Shown here: piece after piece, positions 19,919 to 29,800 of the stretch
Numbering within the stretch: the stretch's first letter is position 1
Layout of the letters: every line of letters starts with the position of its first letter
Assembly: GCA_015059015.1 (NCBI GenBank)
Contig: SVBG01000002.1
Coordinates: 49,636 to 113,635, forward strand
From: Erysipelotrichaceae bacterium
GTDB taxonomy: Bacteria > Bacillota_I > Bacilli_A > ML615J-28 > CAG-313
DNA: 64,000 nt
Direction: 5' to 3'
Notes under the pieces: generated by a model
Told to the model about the DNA's origin: nothing
Seen by the model: the letters and a program-made list of their open reading frames with translations, nothing else
The model's database searches: none
Made by a program: the position numbers and the translations under genes

Positions 19919-21205
19919 ATGTTAGATATTAAATTTATTAGAGAAAACCCTGATATTGTTAAAGAGAATATCAAAAAGAAATTCCAAGATAAAAAGCTAG
20001 TTTTAGTTGACGAAGTAATTGAGTTAGATAAAAAAATTCGTGAATTAAAACAAAAAGGCGATAACTTAAGAAAAGAAAGAAATGACTTGAGTGGTAAAAT
20101 TGGAATGCTAATGCGTGAAAAGAAAGTTGATGAAGCTAACCAAATTAAAGAACAAGTAAAACAAATTAATGAAGAATTAACAGGTATTGAACCTGAAGTT
20201 GCAGAACTAGAAAAAGAACTTCGTGAAAAAATGTTAGTTATTCCTAATATCATTGATTCGTCAGTTCCAATTGGTGAAGATGATACTTGTAATGTTGAAA
20301 ATGAAAAATATGGTGAACCTGTAGTTCCAGAATATGAAATTCCATATCATGCTGATATTGTTGCATCACTTAATGGTTTAGATAAAGAAGCGGCTGGTAG
20401 AACATCAGGTAATGGTTTCTACTATTTAATGGGTGATGTTGCAAGACTTCACTCTGCAATGTTATCATACGCAAGAGACTTTATGATTGATAAAGGATTT
20501 ACATATTGTGTTCCACCATTCATGATTAGAAGTGATGTTGTTAGTGGCGTTATGTCATTCGAAGAAATGGATGCAATGATGTACAAAATTGAAGGTGAAG
20601 ATTTATTCTTAATCGGAACTTCAGAACACTCAATGATTGGTAAATTTAAAGGACAAATTATCCCTGAAAAAGAATTACCTTTAACTCTTACATCATACAG
20701 CCCATGCTTCAGAAAAGAAGTTGGAGCTCATGGATTAGAAGAAAGAGGACTATATAGAGTTCATCAATTCGAAAAACAAGAAATGGTTGTAATCTGTAAA
20801 AAAGAAGAATCAATGGAATGGTATAACAAAATGTGGAGTTATACAGTTGAATTCTTTAGAAGCTTAGACGTACCTGTAAGAACACTTGAGTGTTGTTCAG
20901 GTGATTTAGCAGACTTAAAAGTTAAATCATGTGATATTGAAGCTTGGTCTCCACGTCAAAAGAAATACTTTGAAGTAGGTAGCTGTTCAACACTTGGTGA
21001 TGCTCAAGCACGTAGACTTGGTATCAAGTCTAAAGATGAAAATGGAACTTATTTATGCCATACATTAAACAATACAGTTCTTGCTACACCTCGTGGTTTA
21101 ATCGCAGTACTTGAAAATAACTATAATGAAGATGGAACAGTTAGTGTACCAAAAGCACTTCAACCATATATGGGTGGAAAAGAAGTTTTAACACCTAAAA
21201 AATAA
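19919..21205 (+). CDS. serS: Serine--tRNA ligase
   Basis: 428 aa. N-terminal coiled-coil arm, class II motifs (FRKEVGAHG...RVHQFEKQE, GSCSTLGDAQARRLG). Confidence 0.9.
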   Translation: MLDIKFIRENPDIVKENIKKKFQDKKLVLVDEVIELDKKIRELKQKGDNLRKERNDLSGKIGMLMREKKVDEANQIKEQVKQINEELTGIEPEVAELEKELREKMLVIPNIIDSSVPIGEDDTCNVENEKYGEPVVPEYEIPYHADIVASLNGLDKEAAGRTSGNGFYYLMGDVARLHSAMLSYARDFMIDKGFTYCVPPFMIRSDVVSGVMSFEEMDAMMYKIEGEDLFLIGTSEHSMIGKFKGQIIPEKELPLTLTSYSPCFRKEVGAHGLEERGLYRVHQFEKQEMVVICKKEESMEWYNKMWSYTVEFFRSLDVPVRTLECCSGDLADLKVKSCDIEAWSPRQKKYFEVGSCSTLGDAQARRLGIKSKDENGTYLCHTLNNTVLATPRGLIAVLENNYNEDGTVSVPKALQPYMGGKEVLTPKK

Positions 21206-21236
21206 TATTTTATAACTCATCAATTGATGAGTTATA
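21204..21236 (+). terminator. Intrinsic terminator after serS
   Basis: ATAACTCATCAATTGATGAGTTAT followed by AATTTT. Confidence 0.7.
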
Positions 21237-21263
21237 ATTTTATATATAATAAGGACAAAGAAT

Positions 21264-22244
21264 ATGCCAAATAACGCAAGAAAAAAATATATAAAAGAAC
21301 AAATCAAAAGAAAAGAAGAATACCTAGAAAAAAAGAAAAAAGTATATCATAACCAAAATATTAAAGAATATCCAGTAAATAAAGAAATTGAATTATTAGA
21401 ATTTTTATATCAAATATATCGTGATCAATCAAGAAACAATGTTAAATCAATTCTATCAAAAAGACATGTTGCAGTAAATGGACTTCCTGTTACACAGTTT
21501 AACTATATGTTATATAAAGGTGATATTGTTCAAGTATCGAAAGAACAATTTGATAAAAGTCAAGTTGTAAAACAAGAAACAAAGAAAAAAGTTAATATTA
21601 ACATTGTATATGAAGATAACGATATTTTAGTAATCAATAAACCTAATGGACTACTTACAATTGAAAGTGATCACGAAAAAACTGATACTGCTTATAAATT
21701 AGTGTTAGAATATATGTCCCAAAAAGATAAACACGCTAGATGTTTCCAAGTACATAGATTAGATAAAGAAACATCAGGATTACTTCTTTTTACAAAATCG
21801 TATGAACTAAAAGAATTACTTTCTAAAAACTGGAATACTTTAGTAAAAGAACGTGGTTATGTTGCGGTAGTTGAAGGTAAAATGCCTAAAAAAGAAGATA
21901 CACTTATTAACTGGTTAAAAGAAACAGATACACATTTAATGTATGATTCTAAGAAAAATGGTGATGGAATTAAAGCTATTACTAACTATAAAGTTATAAA
22001 AGAATCACCTAAATATTCACTACTTAATGTAACAATAGAAACAGGAAGAAAGAATCAAATAAGAGTTGCAATGAATGAATTAGGACATCCAATTGTTGGT
22101 GATGATAAATATGGCAACCCATCAGATCCGTTAAAAAGACTAGGACTTCATGCATCAACTCTTAAATTTAAGCACCCGATAACTAAAGAAATCATGTCTT
22201 TTAAAGCAGATATTCCTGCTGTTTTTAAGAAACTTTTTAAGTAA
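21264..22244 (+). CDS. RluA-family 23S rRNA pseudouridine synthase with N-terminal S4 domain
   Basis: Catalytic motif HRLDKETSGLLLF. 326 aa. Confidence 0.8.
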   Translation: MPNNARKKYIKEQIKRKEEYLEKKKKVYHNQNIKEYPVNKEIELLEFLYQIYRDQSRNNVKSILSKRHVAVNGLPVTQFNYMLYKGDIVQVSKEQFDKSQVVKQETKKKVNINIVYEDNDILVINKPNGLLTIESDHEKTDTAYKLVLEYMSQKDKHARCFQVHRLDKETSGLLLFTKSYELKELLSKNWNTLVKERGYVAVVEGKMPKKEDTLINWLKETDTHLMYDSKKNGDGIKAITNYKVIKESPKYSLLNVTIETGRKNQIRVAMNELGHPIVGDDKYGNPSDPLKRLGLHASTLKFKHPITKEIMSFKADIPAVFKKLFK

Positions 22245-22470
22245 AAAATATTCTTCTATAATATAAGGACAAGAATATAGTAAATATGCTGCTACTTTAT
22301 GAGTATAAAAGATAAAGAATTTAAATATATTTTTAATCTTTAAATTATGAGCTAATAACTATAAAATATAGTTTATTGGCTCTTTTTATTATAAATAGTT
22401 TAATAATTATTTCCTATAAATTATTTTTTAATACTTTTAATTTTTACCAAATAATGAAAAATTGGATATA

Positions 22471-22499
22471 TGACTTGCAAAAAAATTTGGAATTTGATA
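22471..22499 (+). promoter_or_regulatory. Candidate sigma-A promoter of the hydrogenase operon (TTGCAA-N17-TATAAT)
   Basis: Motifs read directly, about 65 nt upstream of the first hydrogenase gene. Confidence 0.4.
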
Positions 22500-22562
22500 T
22501 AATATATCCGGACGTATTATAGTGTTATTATATAATCGTAATAAAAAATCGGAGGTTAATTT

Positions 22563-23051
22563 ATGGCTCATTTACAAGCTCATGCTGAAAAGCAAATTAT
22601 TGAAATTATTTCAAGATACAAAGATGAGAAGACTCCTTTAATGATGATCTTAAGTGACATCCAAAAGGAATTTGGTTACATCCCTCTTGAAGTACAAGAA
22701 TTAGTGTCTGAACAAATCGGAGTACCTGTTGCAGAAATTTATGGTGTAGTTACATTCTATTCATTTTTCTCACTAAATCCAAAAGGCAAATATGTTATCG
22801 GTGTATGTCTTGGTACTGCTTGTTACGTTAAAGGCGCACAACAAGTTATCGATAAGTTCTCTGAAATTTTAAATATTAAAGCTGGTGAAACTACAGAAGA
22901 TGGTTTATTCACTCTAGAAGCATTACGTTGTATTGGTGCTTGTGGTATTGCTCCTGCATTATCTATTAATGGTAAAGTTTATCCAAAAGTTGCAGTATCT
23001 GATGTTCCAGCAATCATTGAAGAATACAAAAAAATGGGAGGTGCAAACTAA
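22563..23051 (+). CDS. NuoE-like [2Fe-2S] subunit of a multimeric NAD(P)-dependent [FeFe]-hydrogenase (HydC/HndA-type)
   Basis: Thioredoxin-like 2Fe-2S cysteines (CLGTACYVKG, CIGACGIAPA). 162 aa. First gene of a 3-gene operon. Confidence 0.8.
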   Translation: MAHLQAHAEKQIIEIISRYKDEKTPLMMILSDIQKEFGYIPLEVQELVSEQIGVPVAEIYGVVTFYSFFSLNPKGKYVIGVCLGTACYVKGAQQVIDKFSEILNIKAGETTEDGLFTLEALRCIGACGIAPALSINGKVYPKVAVSDVPAIIEEYKKMGGAN

Positions 23052-24913
23052 TGCTAAATAGTAAACAAGAATTATTACAAAAGATTGAAGTTTGTACTGA
23101 ACAAATTAATGACAAGTTCTCTGGTAAAGGTGGAAAACGTTCAATCGTTATTTGTGGTGGTACAGGATGTTTATCAAGTGATGCTCAAGCTATTCTTGAA
23201 AAATTCCAAGAATTACTTCCTGCTAAAGGAATTGATGCTAAAGTATCTGTTAACCAAGTAGGTTGTTTTGGTTTCTGTTCTCAAGGACCTTTCGTTAAGA
23301 TTTTCCCTGAAGATACTTTATATCGTGGTGTTCAAGTTTCTGACGTTGAAGAAATCGTTGAAAAAGATTTAATTAATGGTGAAATCGTTGAAAGACTTCT
23401 TTATGTTGACCCTGTAACAAAAGAAAAGATTCAAAAACAAGATGACATTACTTTCTATAAAAAACAAGTACGTGTTGCATTACACGGTTGTGGTGTTATT
23501 AATCCTGAAAATATTGATGAAGCTTTAGGTTATGGCGCTTATCAAGGGTTACTTAGAGCTTTAAATATGACTCAACAAGAAGTTATTGATGAAGTATTAG
23601 CTGCTGGTTTACGTGGTCGTGGAGGCGGTGGTTTCCCTACTGGTAGAAAATGGCAATTTGCTTTAAATCAAAACTCTGCTGAAAAATATGTAGTATGTAA
23701 TGGTGACGAAGGTGACCCAGGTGCATTTATGGACCGTTCTATTCTAGAAGGTAACCCTCTTGCTGTTATTGAAGGTATGGCTATTGCTGGTTATGCAATT
23801 GGTGCTCAAAATGGTTATTTCTATGTTCGTGCTGAATATCCAACAGCTGTTGCAAGACTTCGTAAAGCTATTGAAGAAGCTAAGAAAATTGGTTTATTAG
23901 GTGAAAATATTTTAGGAACTGGTTTCAGTTTTGATGTTCATATTCGTTTAGGTGCTGGTGCATTCGTTTGTGGTGAAGAAACTGCATTATTAAACTCAAT
24001 TGAAGGTAAACGTGGTATGCCACGTCCAAGACCTCCATTCCCAGCTGTTAAAGGTTTATGGCAAAAACCATCTATTATTAACAACGTTGAAACACTTGCA
24101 TGTGTTCCATACATCTTAAGAGAAGGTGCTGCTAAATTCGCATCTATGGGTACTGAAAAATCTAAAGGTACTAAAGTATTTGCTCTTGGTGGTAAAGTTA
24201 ATAACGTTGGTCTAGTAGAAATTCCTATGGGTACTACTGTTCGCGATTTAATTTTCGAAATCGGTGGTGGAATTCCTAATGGTAAACAATTTAAAGCTAT
24301 CCAAACTGGTGGTCCATCAGGTGGATGTTTAACTGCTAAAGATTTAGATACTCCAATCGACTTTGATAACTTAGTTGCACTTGGTTCTATGATGGGTTCA
24401 GGTGGTGCTATCGTTATGGATGAAGACAACTGTATGGTTGACGTTGCTAAATTCTATATGGAATTTATTTGTGATGAATCATGTGGTAAATGTTCTCCAT
24501 GTCGTATTGGTACAAAACGTATTCTTGAAATTCTTGAAAAGATTACAAAAGGTCAAGGAACTTTACAAGATCTTGCTGATCTAGAAGATTTATCAGAAGC
24601 AGTAAAAGCTAATTCACTTTGTGGTTTAGGTCAAACTGCTGCTAACCCAGTATTATCTACAATGCGTCAATTCAAAGATGAATACATTGCTCACGTAGTT
24701 GATAAACAATGTCCTGCTCATATTTGTAAAGATTTAATGCAATATTATATTGTTCCAGAACAATGTAAAGGATGTTCTAAGTGTTCACGTGTTTGTCCAG
24801 TTGGTGCAATCTCTGGTGTAATTAAACAACCATTTGTTATTGATCAAGAAAAATGTATTAAGTGTGGTATGTGTATCTCTTCTTGTCCATTCCATGCAAT
24901 CATTAAGAAATAA
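23051..24913 (+). CDS. NuoF-like NAD(P)H-binding FMN/Fe-S subunit (HydB/HndC-type)
   Basis: GLRGRGGGGFPTG FMN/NADH motif, extra 2Fe-2S and 2x[4Fe-4S] cysteine clusters (CKGCSKCSRVCP, CIKCGMCISSCP). Start overlaps the upstream stop. Confidence 0.85.
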   Translation: MLNSKQELLQKIEVCTEQINDKFSGKGGKRSIVICGGTGCLSSDAQAILEKFQELLPAKGIDAKVSVNQVGCFGFCSQGPFVKIFPEDTLYRGVQVSDVEEIVEKDLINGEIVERLLYVDPVTKEKIQKQDDITFYKKQVRVALHGCGVINPENIDEALGYGAYQGLLRALNMTQQEVIDEVLAAGLRGRGGGGFPTGRKWQFALNQNSAEKYVVCNGDEGDPGAFMDRSILEGNPLAVIEGMAIAGYAIGAQNGYFYVRAEYPTAVARLRKAIEEAKKIGLLGENILGTGFSFDVHIRLGAGAFVCGEETALLNSIEGKRGMPRPRPPFPAVKGLWQKPSIINNVETLACVPYILREGAAKFASMGTEKSKGTKVFALGGKVNNVGLVEIPMGTTVRDLIFEIGGGIPNGKQFKAIQTGGPSGGCLTAKDLDTPIDFDNLVALGSMMGSGGAIVMDEDNCMVDVAKFYMEFICDESCGKCSPCRIGTKRILEILEKITKGQGTLQDLADLEDLSEAVKANSLCGLGQTAANPVLSTMRQFKDEYIAHVVDKQCPAHICKDLMQYYIVPEQCKGCSKCSRVCPVGAISGVIKQPFVIDQEKCIKCGMCISSCPFHAIIKK

Positions 24914-24928
24914 TGGAGGTGTAATCTA

Positions 24929-26698
24929 ATGGCAAAAATTAATATTAAAATCGAAGGTGTTTCTTATCAAGTTGAAGAAGGCCTAACAATTTTAGAAGCT
25001 GCAAGAGAATGTGGTTATGAAATCCCTTCATTATGTAGCTTTAATCATGGTGAATGTAGCTTAGCTTCTTGTCGTGTTTGTTTAGTTGAAGCAACAGGTG
25101 CAAGAGGATTAGTTGCGTCATGTGTATATCCAGTTGCAGAAGGTATGGAAATTAAAATTTCTTCTCCAAAAGCTGCTGCTGCTCGTCGTTTAAGTGTTGA
25201 ATTATTATTATCAAACCACTCATTAAATTGTCAACAATGTGAAAAGAATGGTCACTGTGAATTATTATATGTTGCACAAATCACTGGTGCTAGAGAAGGT
25301 AAATTCTTAGGTGCTAAAACTCCTGTAAGTTATGATGATTTAACTCCATCTCTAGTTCGTGACACTTCTAAATGTATCCTTTGTGGTCGTTGTGTTGCTC
25401 GTTGTCAAAATGCTCATGGTACTGGTATTTTAGGATTTGAAAAACGTGGTTTCAATACTATCGTTGCTCCTGCTGCTGAACGTTCATTTGGTGAAACACC
25501 TTGTATCCTTTGTGGTCAATGTGTAAGCGTATGTCCTACTGGTGCTTTATCTGAAAAGAGTGAAATTGATAAAGTTGATGCTGCAATGCAAGCTGGTAAA
25601 CATGTAGTTGTTCAAACTGCTCCTGCTGTAAGAGCTGCTTTAGGTGAAGAATTTGGTTTACCTATTGGTACTGCTGTTACTGGCAAAATGGTTGCTGCAC
25701 TTAAGAGACTTGGCTTTGCAAAAGTTTATGATACTAACTTCGGTGCTGACCTTACAATTATGGAAGAAGCAACTGAACTTCTAGGAAGAATCAAAAATGG
25801 TGGAGTACTTCCAATGATTACTTCATGTTCTCCAGGTTGGGTTAACTATGCTGAATACTATTATGGAGATCAATTAGATCATTTATCAAGCTGTAAATCT
25901 CCTCACCAAATGCAAGGTGCTATTATCAAATCTTACTATGCTGAAAAGAACAATATTGATCCAAAAGATATTTTCGTTGTATCAATTATGCCTTGTACAG
26001 CTAAGAAGTTTGAAAAAGAACGTCCTGAAATGGAAGCTGAAGGCTTAAGAGATGTTGATGCAGTACTTACTACAAGAGAACTTGCAAAACTTATCAAACG
26101 TAGTGGTATTAACTTCAATAAACTTCCTGATGAAGAATTTGACCAAGACATCATGGGTGAATACACTGGTGCTGGTGTTATCTTCGGTGCTACTGGTGGT
26201 GTAATGGAAGCAGCACTTAGAACTGCTCATTATGTATTAACTGGTAAAGAACACGAAGCTATCAAATTTGAAGCTGTTCGTGGTATGGATGGATTAAAAG
26301 AAGCTGAAATCAATATCAATGGTAACGTACTTAAAGTTGCTGTTGCATCTGGTATGAGAAATGCTAAAGTATTAATGGATCAAATCAGAGATGGTAAGAG
26401 CCCATATGCATTTATCGAAATCATGGGTTGTCCTGGTGGATGTGTTAACGGTGGTGGTCAACCATATGTTAAACCAATGTTCTTACCTAATGAAGATACT
26501 AATATTTTAGATACATTCAAACAAAAACGTGCTCAAGCTTTATATTCTGAAGATGAAAGACAAACTCTTCGTCAATCTCATCATAATACACAAGTTCAAG
26601 CATTATACAAAGAATTCTTAGGCGAACCTAACTCTCATAAAGCTCATGAGTTATTACATACTCATTATCATTCAAGAGAAAGATTCCCTGAAAAATAA
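24929..26698 (+). CDS. hydA: [FeFe]-hydrogenase catalytic subunit (HydA/HndD-type)
   Basis: N-terminal 2Fe-2S ferredoxin fold, ferredoxin-type cysteine clusters, H-cluster motifs TSCSPGW, MPCTAKKFE and EIMGCPGGCVNGGGQP. Confidence 0.85.
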   Translation: MAKINIKIEGVSYQVEEGLTILEAARECGYEIPSLCSFNHGECSLASCRVCLVEATGARGLVASCVYPVAEGMEIKISSPKAAAARRLSVELLLSNHSLNCQQCEKNGHCELLYVAQITGAREGKFLGAKTPVSYDDLTPSLVRDTSKCILCGRCVARCQNAHGTGILGFEKRGFNTIVAPAAERSFGETPCILCGQCVSVCPTGALSEKSEIDKVDAAMQAGKHVVVQTAPAVRAALGEEFGLPIGTAVTGKMVAALKRLGFAKVYDTNFGADLTIMEEATELLGRIKNGGVLPMITSCSPGWVNYAEYYYGDQLDHLSSCKSPHQMQGAIIKSYYAEKNNIDPKDIFVVSIMPCTAKKFEKERPEMEAEGLRDVDAVLTTRELAKLIKRSGINFNKLPDEEFDQDIMGEYTGAGVIFGATGGVMEAALRTAHYVLTGKEHEAIKFEAVRGMDGLKEAEININGNVLKVAVASGMRNAKVLMDQIRDGKSPYAFIEIMGCPGGCVNGGGQPYVKPMFLPNEDTNILDTFKQKRAQALYSEDERQTLRQSHHNTQVQALYKEFLGEPNSHKAHELLHTHYHSRERFPEK

Positions 26699-26726
26699 AA
26701 AAAAGTCCGATTATATAAATAACACA

Positions 26727-26763
26727 AAACTCCTAGTCATATTTGATTAGGAGTTTTTATTAT
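26727..26763 (+). terminator. Intrinsic terminator after the hydrogenase operon
   Basis: AAACTCCTAG-tcatatttgat-TAGGAGTTT followed by TTATTATTT. Confidence 0.7.
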
Positions 26764-26811
26764 TTAAATTTACGAAAACGTTTGCAAAAAAATTAAAATA
26801 TTATTTGAAAT

Positions 26812-26847
26812 AAATTTTAATTAATGATAAAATAATTACATAGAGAT
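26812..26847 (+). promoter_or_regulatory. Candidate promoter TTGAAA-N17-TAAAAT, conserved upstream of both giant-lipoprotein paralogs
   Basis: The same TTGAAATAAATT....AATGATAAAATAATTA block recurs at 33627-33660 before the paralog. Confidence 0.45.
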
Positions 26848-26886
26848 TTTAAAAATCACTATTAAAAAGTAAAAAGGAGAAAAAAT

Positions 26887-29800
26887 ATGAAGGTTATTAA
26901 AAAAGCATTTTTACTAAGTCTTGTGATAATTGCTTTAATGGTTACACTTGCTTCATGTTCAAAAAAGAAAGTTACACTTTCTGCAGAAAAAAATGAAATT
27001 AGTGTAATTATTGGTGAAAATGTAGATCTTAAACTTTCAGCTACTGAAGTTAAGAAATTTACAGAACAAGACATTCTTGCAAATCTTGATATAACATCAA
27101 GTGATAATAAAATAGTTAAAGTAGAAGCTGATAAAATAACTGCAGTTGGAATAGGTTCTGCAGAAGTAACAGCTACTTGGAAAGAATATGATGGTGCAAC
27201 AGTTACAGTTAAAGTAAATGTAATTGCACCTGAAGTAGGTGAAGTTACTTATTCTACTCTACCTGTTAATGTATATGTTGGAGATAAATTCTCTATTACT
27301 CATGCAGCTAGTAGTGAAGTAACAGTGACTTATACTACATCAAATAAAGATATACTTTCAGTGGATGGTAATAATTTTGAAGCTTTAGCAAAAGGTGCTG
27401 CAAAAATAACTGCTACTGCAACTAATGGTTATAAAGAAACTAAGAAAGAATGGGATGTAGAAGTTCTTCAAGGTGAATATACAATAACATATGTATTAAA
27501 TGGTGGTGTAAACGCAGAAGCAAATCCATCTAAATATGATGTAAGAGAATTACCTTTAATTATTGCTGCTGCTACAAAAGAGCATAAAACATTCTTAGGT
27601 TGGACAAAAGAAGCAGAATCTACAGATTATGTAACTGAAATTGCAGCAGGTGAAGCAGGCGATATTACTTTATATGCACAATTTTCTGATATCGTTCACA
27701 GTATTTCATATGAATTAAATGGTGGTAATTTACCAGAAGAAGCTCCAGTTACATATATTGAAGGCGAAGGAGTACAATTAGTTAATCCAACAAAAGAGCA
27801 TAAAACATTCTTAGGCTGGACAAAAGAAGTAGGTTCTACTGATTATGTGACTGAAATTAGTGCTGAAGAAATTGGAAATGTTACTTTATATGCTAATTAT
27901 GCTGATATTATTCATAATATTACATATGTATTAAATGGTGGAATATTACCAGAAGAAGCTCCTGTCACATACATAGAAGGCGAAGGAGTACAACTAGTTA
28001 ATCCAACAAAAGCGCATAAAACATTCTTAGGCTGGACAAAAGGAATAGGTTTTTCTGATTATATAACTGAAATTAGTGCTGAAGAAATTGGTGATGTTAC
28101 TTTATATGCTGATTATGAAGATATTGTTTATAGTATTACATACGAATTAAATGGTGGAATAAACCCTACGGATGTACCTCTTACTTATATTGAAGGTGAA
28201 GGTTGTGTATTACCAGTTCCTACAAAAGAAGACTATAAATTCTTAGGATGGACTGTAAAATTAACATCTACTGACTATATTACTGAAATAGGAAAAGAAA
28301 CAACAGGTGATGTTAAAGTTTATGCTAAGTGGGAAAAAATAATTGTTTATTCAAATATTGTTTATGAATTAAACGGTGGAACAAATCCTTCAGATGCTAA
28401 AAAGGAATATGAAGAAGGTGTCGGTTATACACTTCCAATTCCAACTAAAGCTAATCATAAATTCTTAGGATGGACAAAAGAAGTGGAATCTACAAATTAT
28501 ATAACTGAAATTGGAAAAGATGCAACAGGTGAATTCAAAGTATATGCTAATTGGGAAAAACAAATTATTAAATCTGCAATTAAATATAATTTAGATGATG
28601 GTCTTTTAGATGACGGCTATGTAACAGAATATACTGAAGGTGAAGTAGTAACATTACCAGTTCCAACAAAAGAAGGCTTTGATTTCTTAGGTTGGTCAAT
28701 TGTAAAAGGTGGTACTTCATACATTAATGAAATTCCTGCTACTGCAACAGGTGAATTTGTTGTTTATGCTAATTGGAAAGAAAAATTAGTTTTATTAGAA
28801 GGTTATAAATATGTTGGCGAAGGATTACACTTTGCTACATTAGATGAAGCTGTTTCAAGTGTTGCTGATGGTGATAAGATTATGCTTCCTGCTGGTGAAT
28901 ATGCATTAAGTGTTGTTATTAATAAGAGTATTGAAATTCATGGACCTAATTCTAATTTACAACCTACAAGCTTTAAATCAGGTGAAGCTGTTATTAATGT
29001 GCAAAAAGATGTAGCTGGTAATATTGCTGCTAAAAACGTAGTATTTAATGGTGTTCACTTAAAAGGTACAGGTGGTGGTGGAGGAATTCCAGGTGTATTC
29101 TTCCAAGATGGTGGTAATATTGAAACACTAAAATTCAAGAGTTGTGTTGTTTCTGATATGAATACATTTATCAAATTCCGTGATTGTACATCTCAAGCTG
29201 AAGTAATTATTGAAGATTGTAATATCCATACTATTGGTCAATTTATTGTTTGGGTACAAGGCGCTCAAACTAAGAAAGTAATTGTTACAGGTAACATTGT
29301 TGATGGTTCTACATGTGGTGCTGTTACTAATACAGCTGCTGCCTTATTTAGAGTTAGAAGTGGTTCATTTGAAGCTTATAATAACTACTTTAAAGGTTCA
29401 TCACAAAATGACCCAGGTTATTTCGAAAGTATTGCAGTTGAATCATATGTTAAATATAATACATTTGAAAATGTAACTAAATTTGCAAATTCTGCTGCAT
29501 CTAACTTATTAGTATTTGATGAAAATTTATATCTTGATGCTAATGGTAAAGTACTAAATGCTGTTCCTAGTCAAGTTTCTGTTAATGGTGTTACTGCCGA
29601 TGTTACTATCGCAACAAGTGAAGAAGATAGAGCTGCTAGATATATTCAACAATTAATATCTTCTAATCCAGATCGTTATTTCGCTGTTGAATATGAATTA
29701 AATGGTGGTACATTAACATCTTCTGCTGTTACTGCTTATGATAAAGAAGTAGGTATTGCTAATCTTCCTACAATTGAAAAAGAAGGATATATCTTCTTAG

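Noticed and set aside
22245-22470. Looked for Rex-type (TTGTGAA..TTCACAA) operators in the long leader of the hydrogenase operon
   Set aside because: No match found by eye.
23938-24429. Minus-strand 163-aa ORF inside the NuoF-like hydrogenase gene, plus many other small antisense ORFs within the large genes (e.g. 32181-33291, 35343-36963)
   Set aside because: Embedded antisense in genes with strong motif support; typical spurious ORFs.
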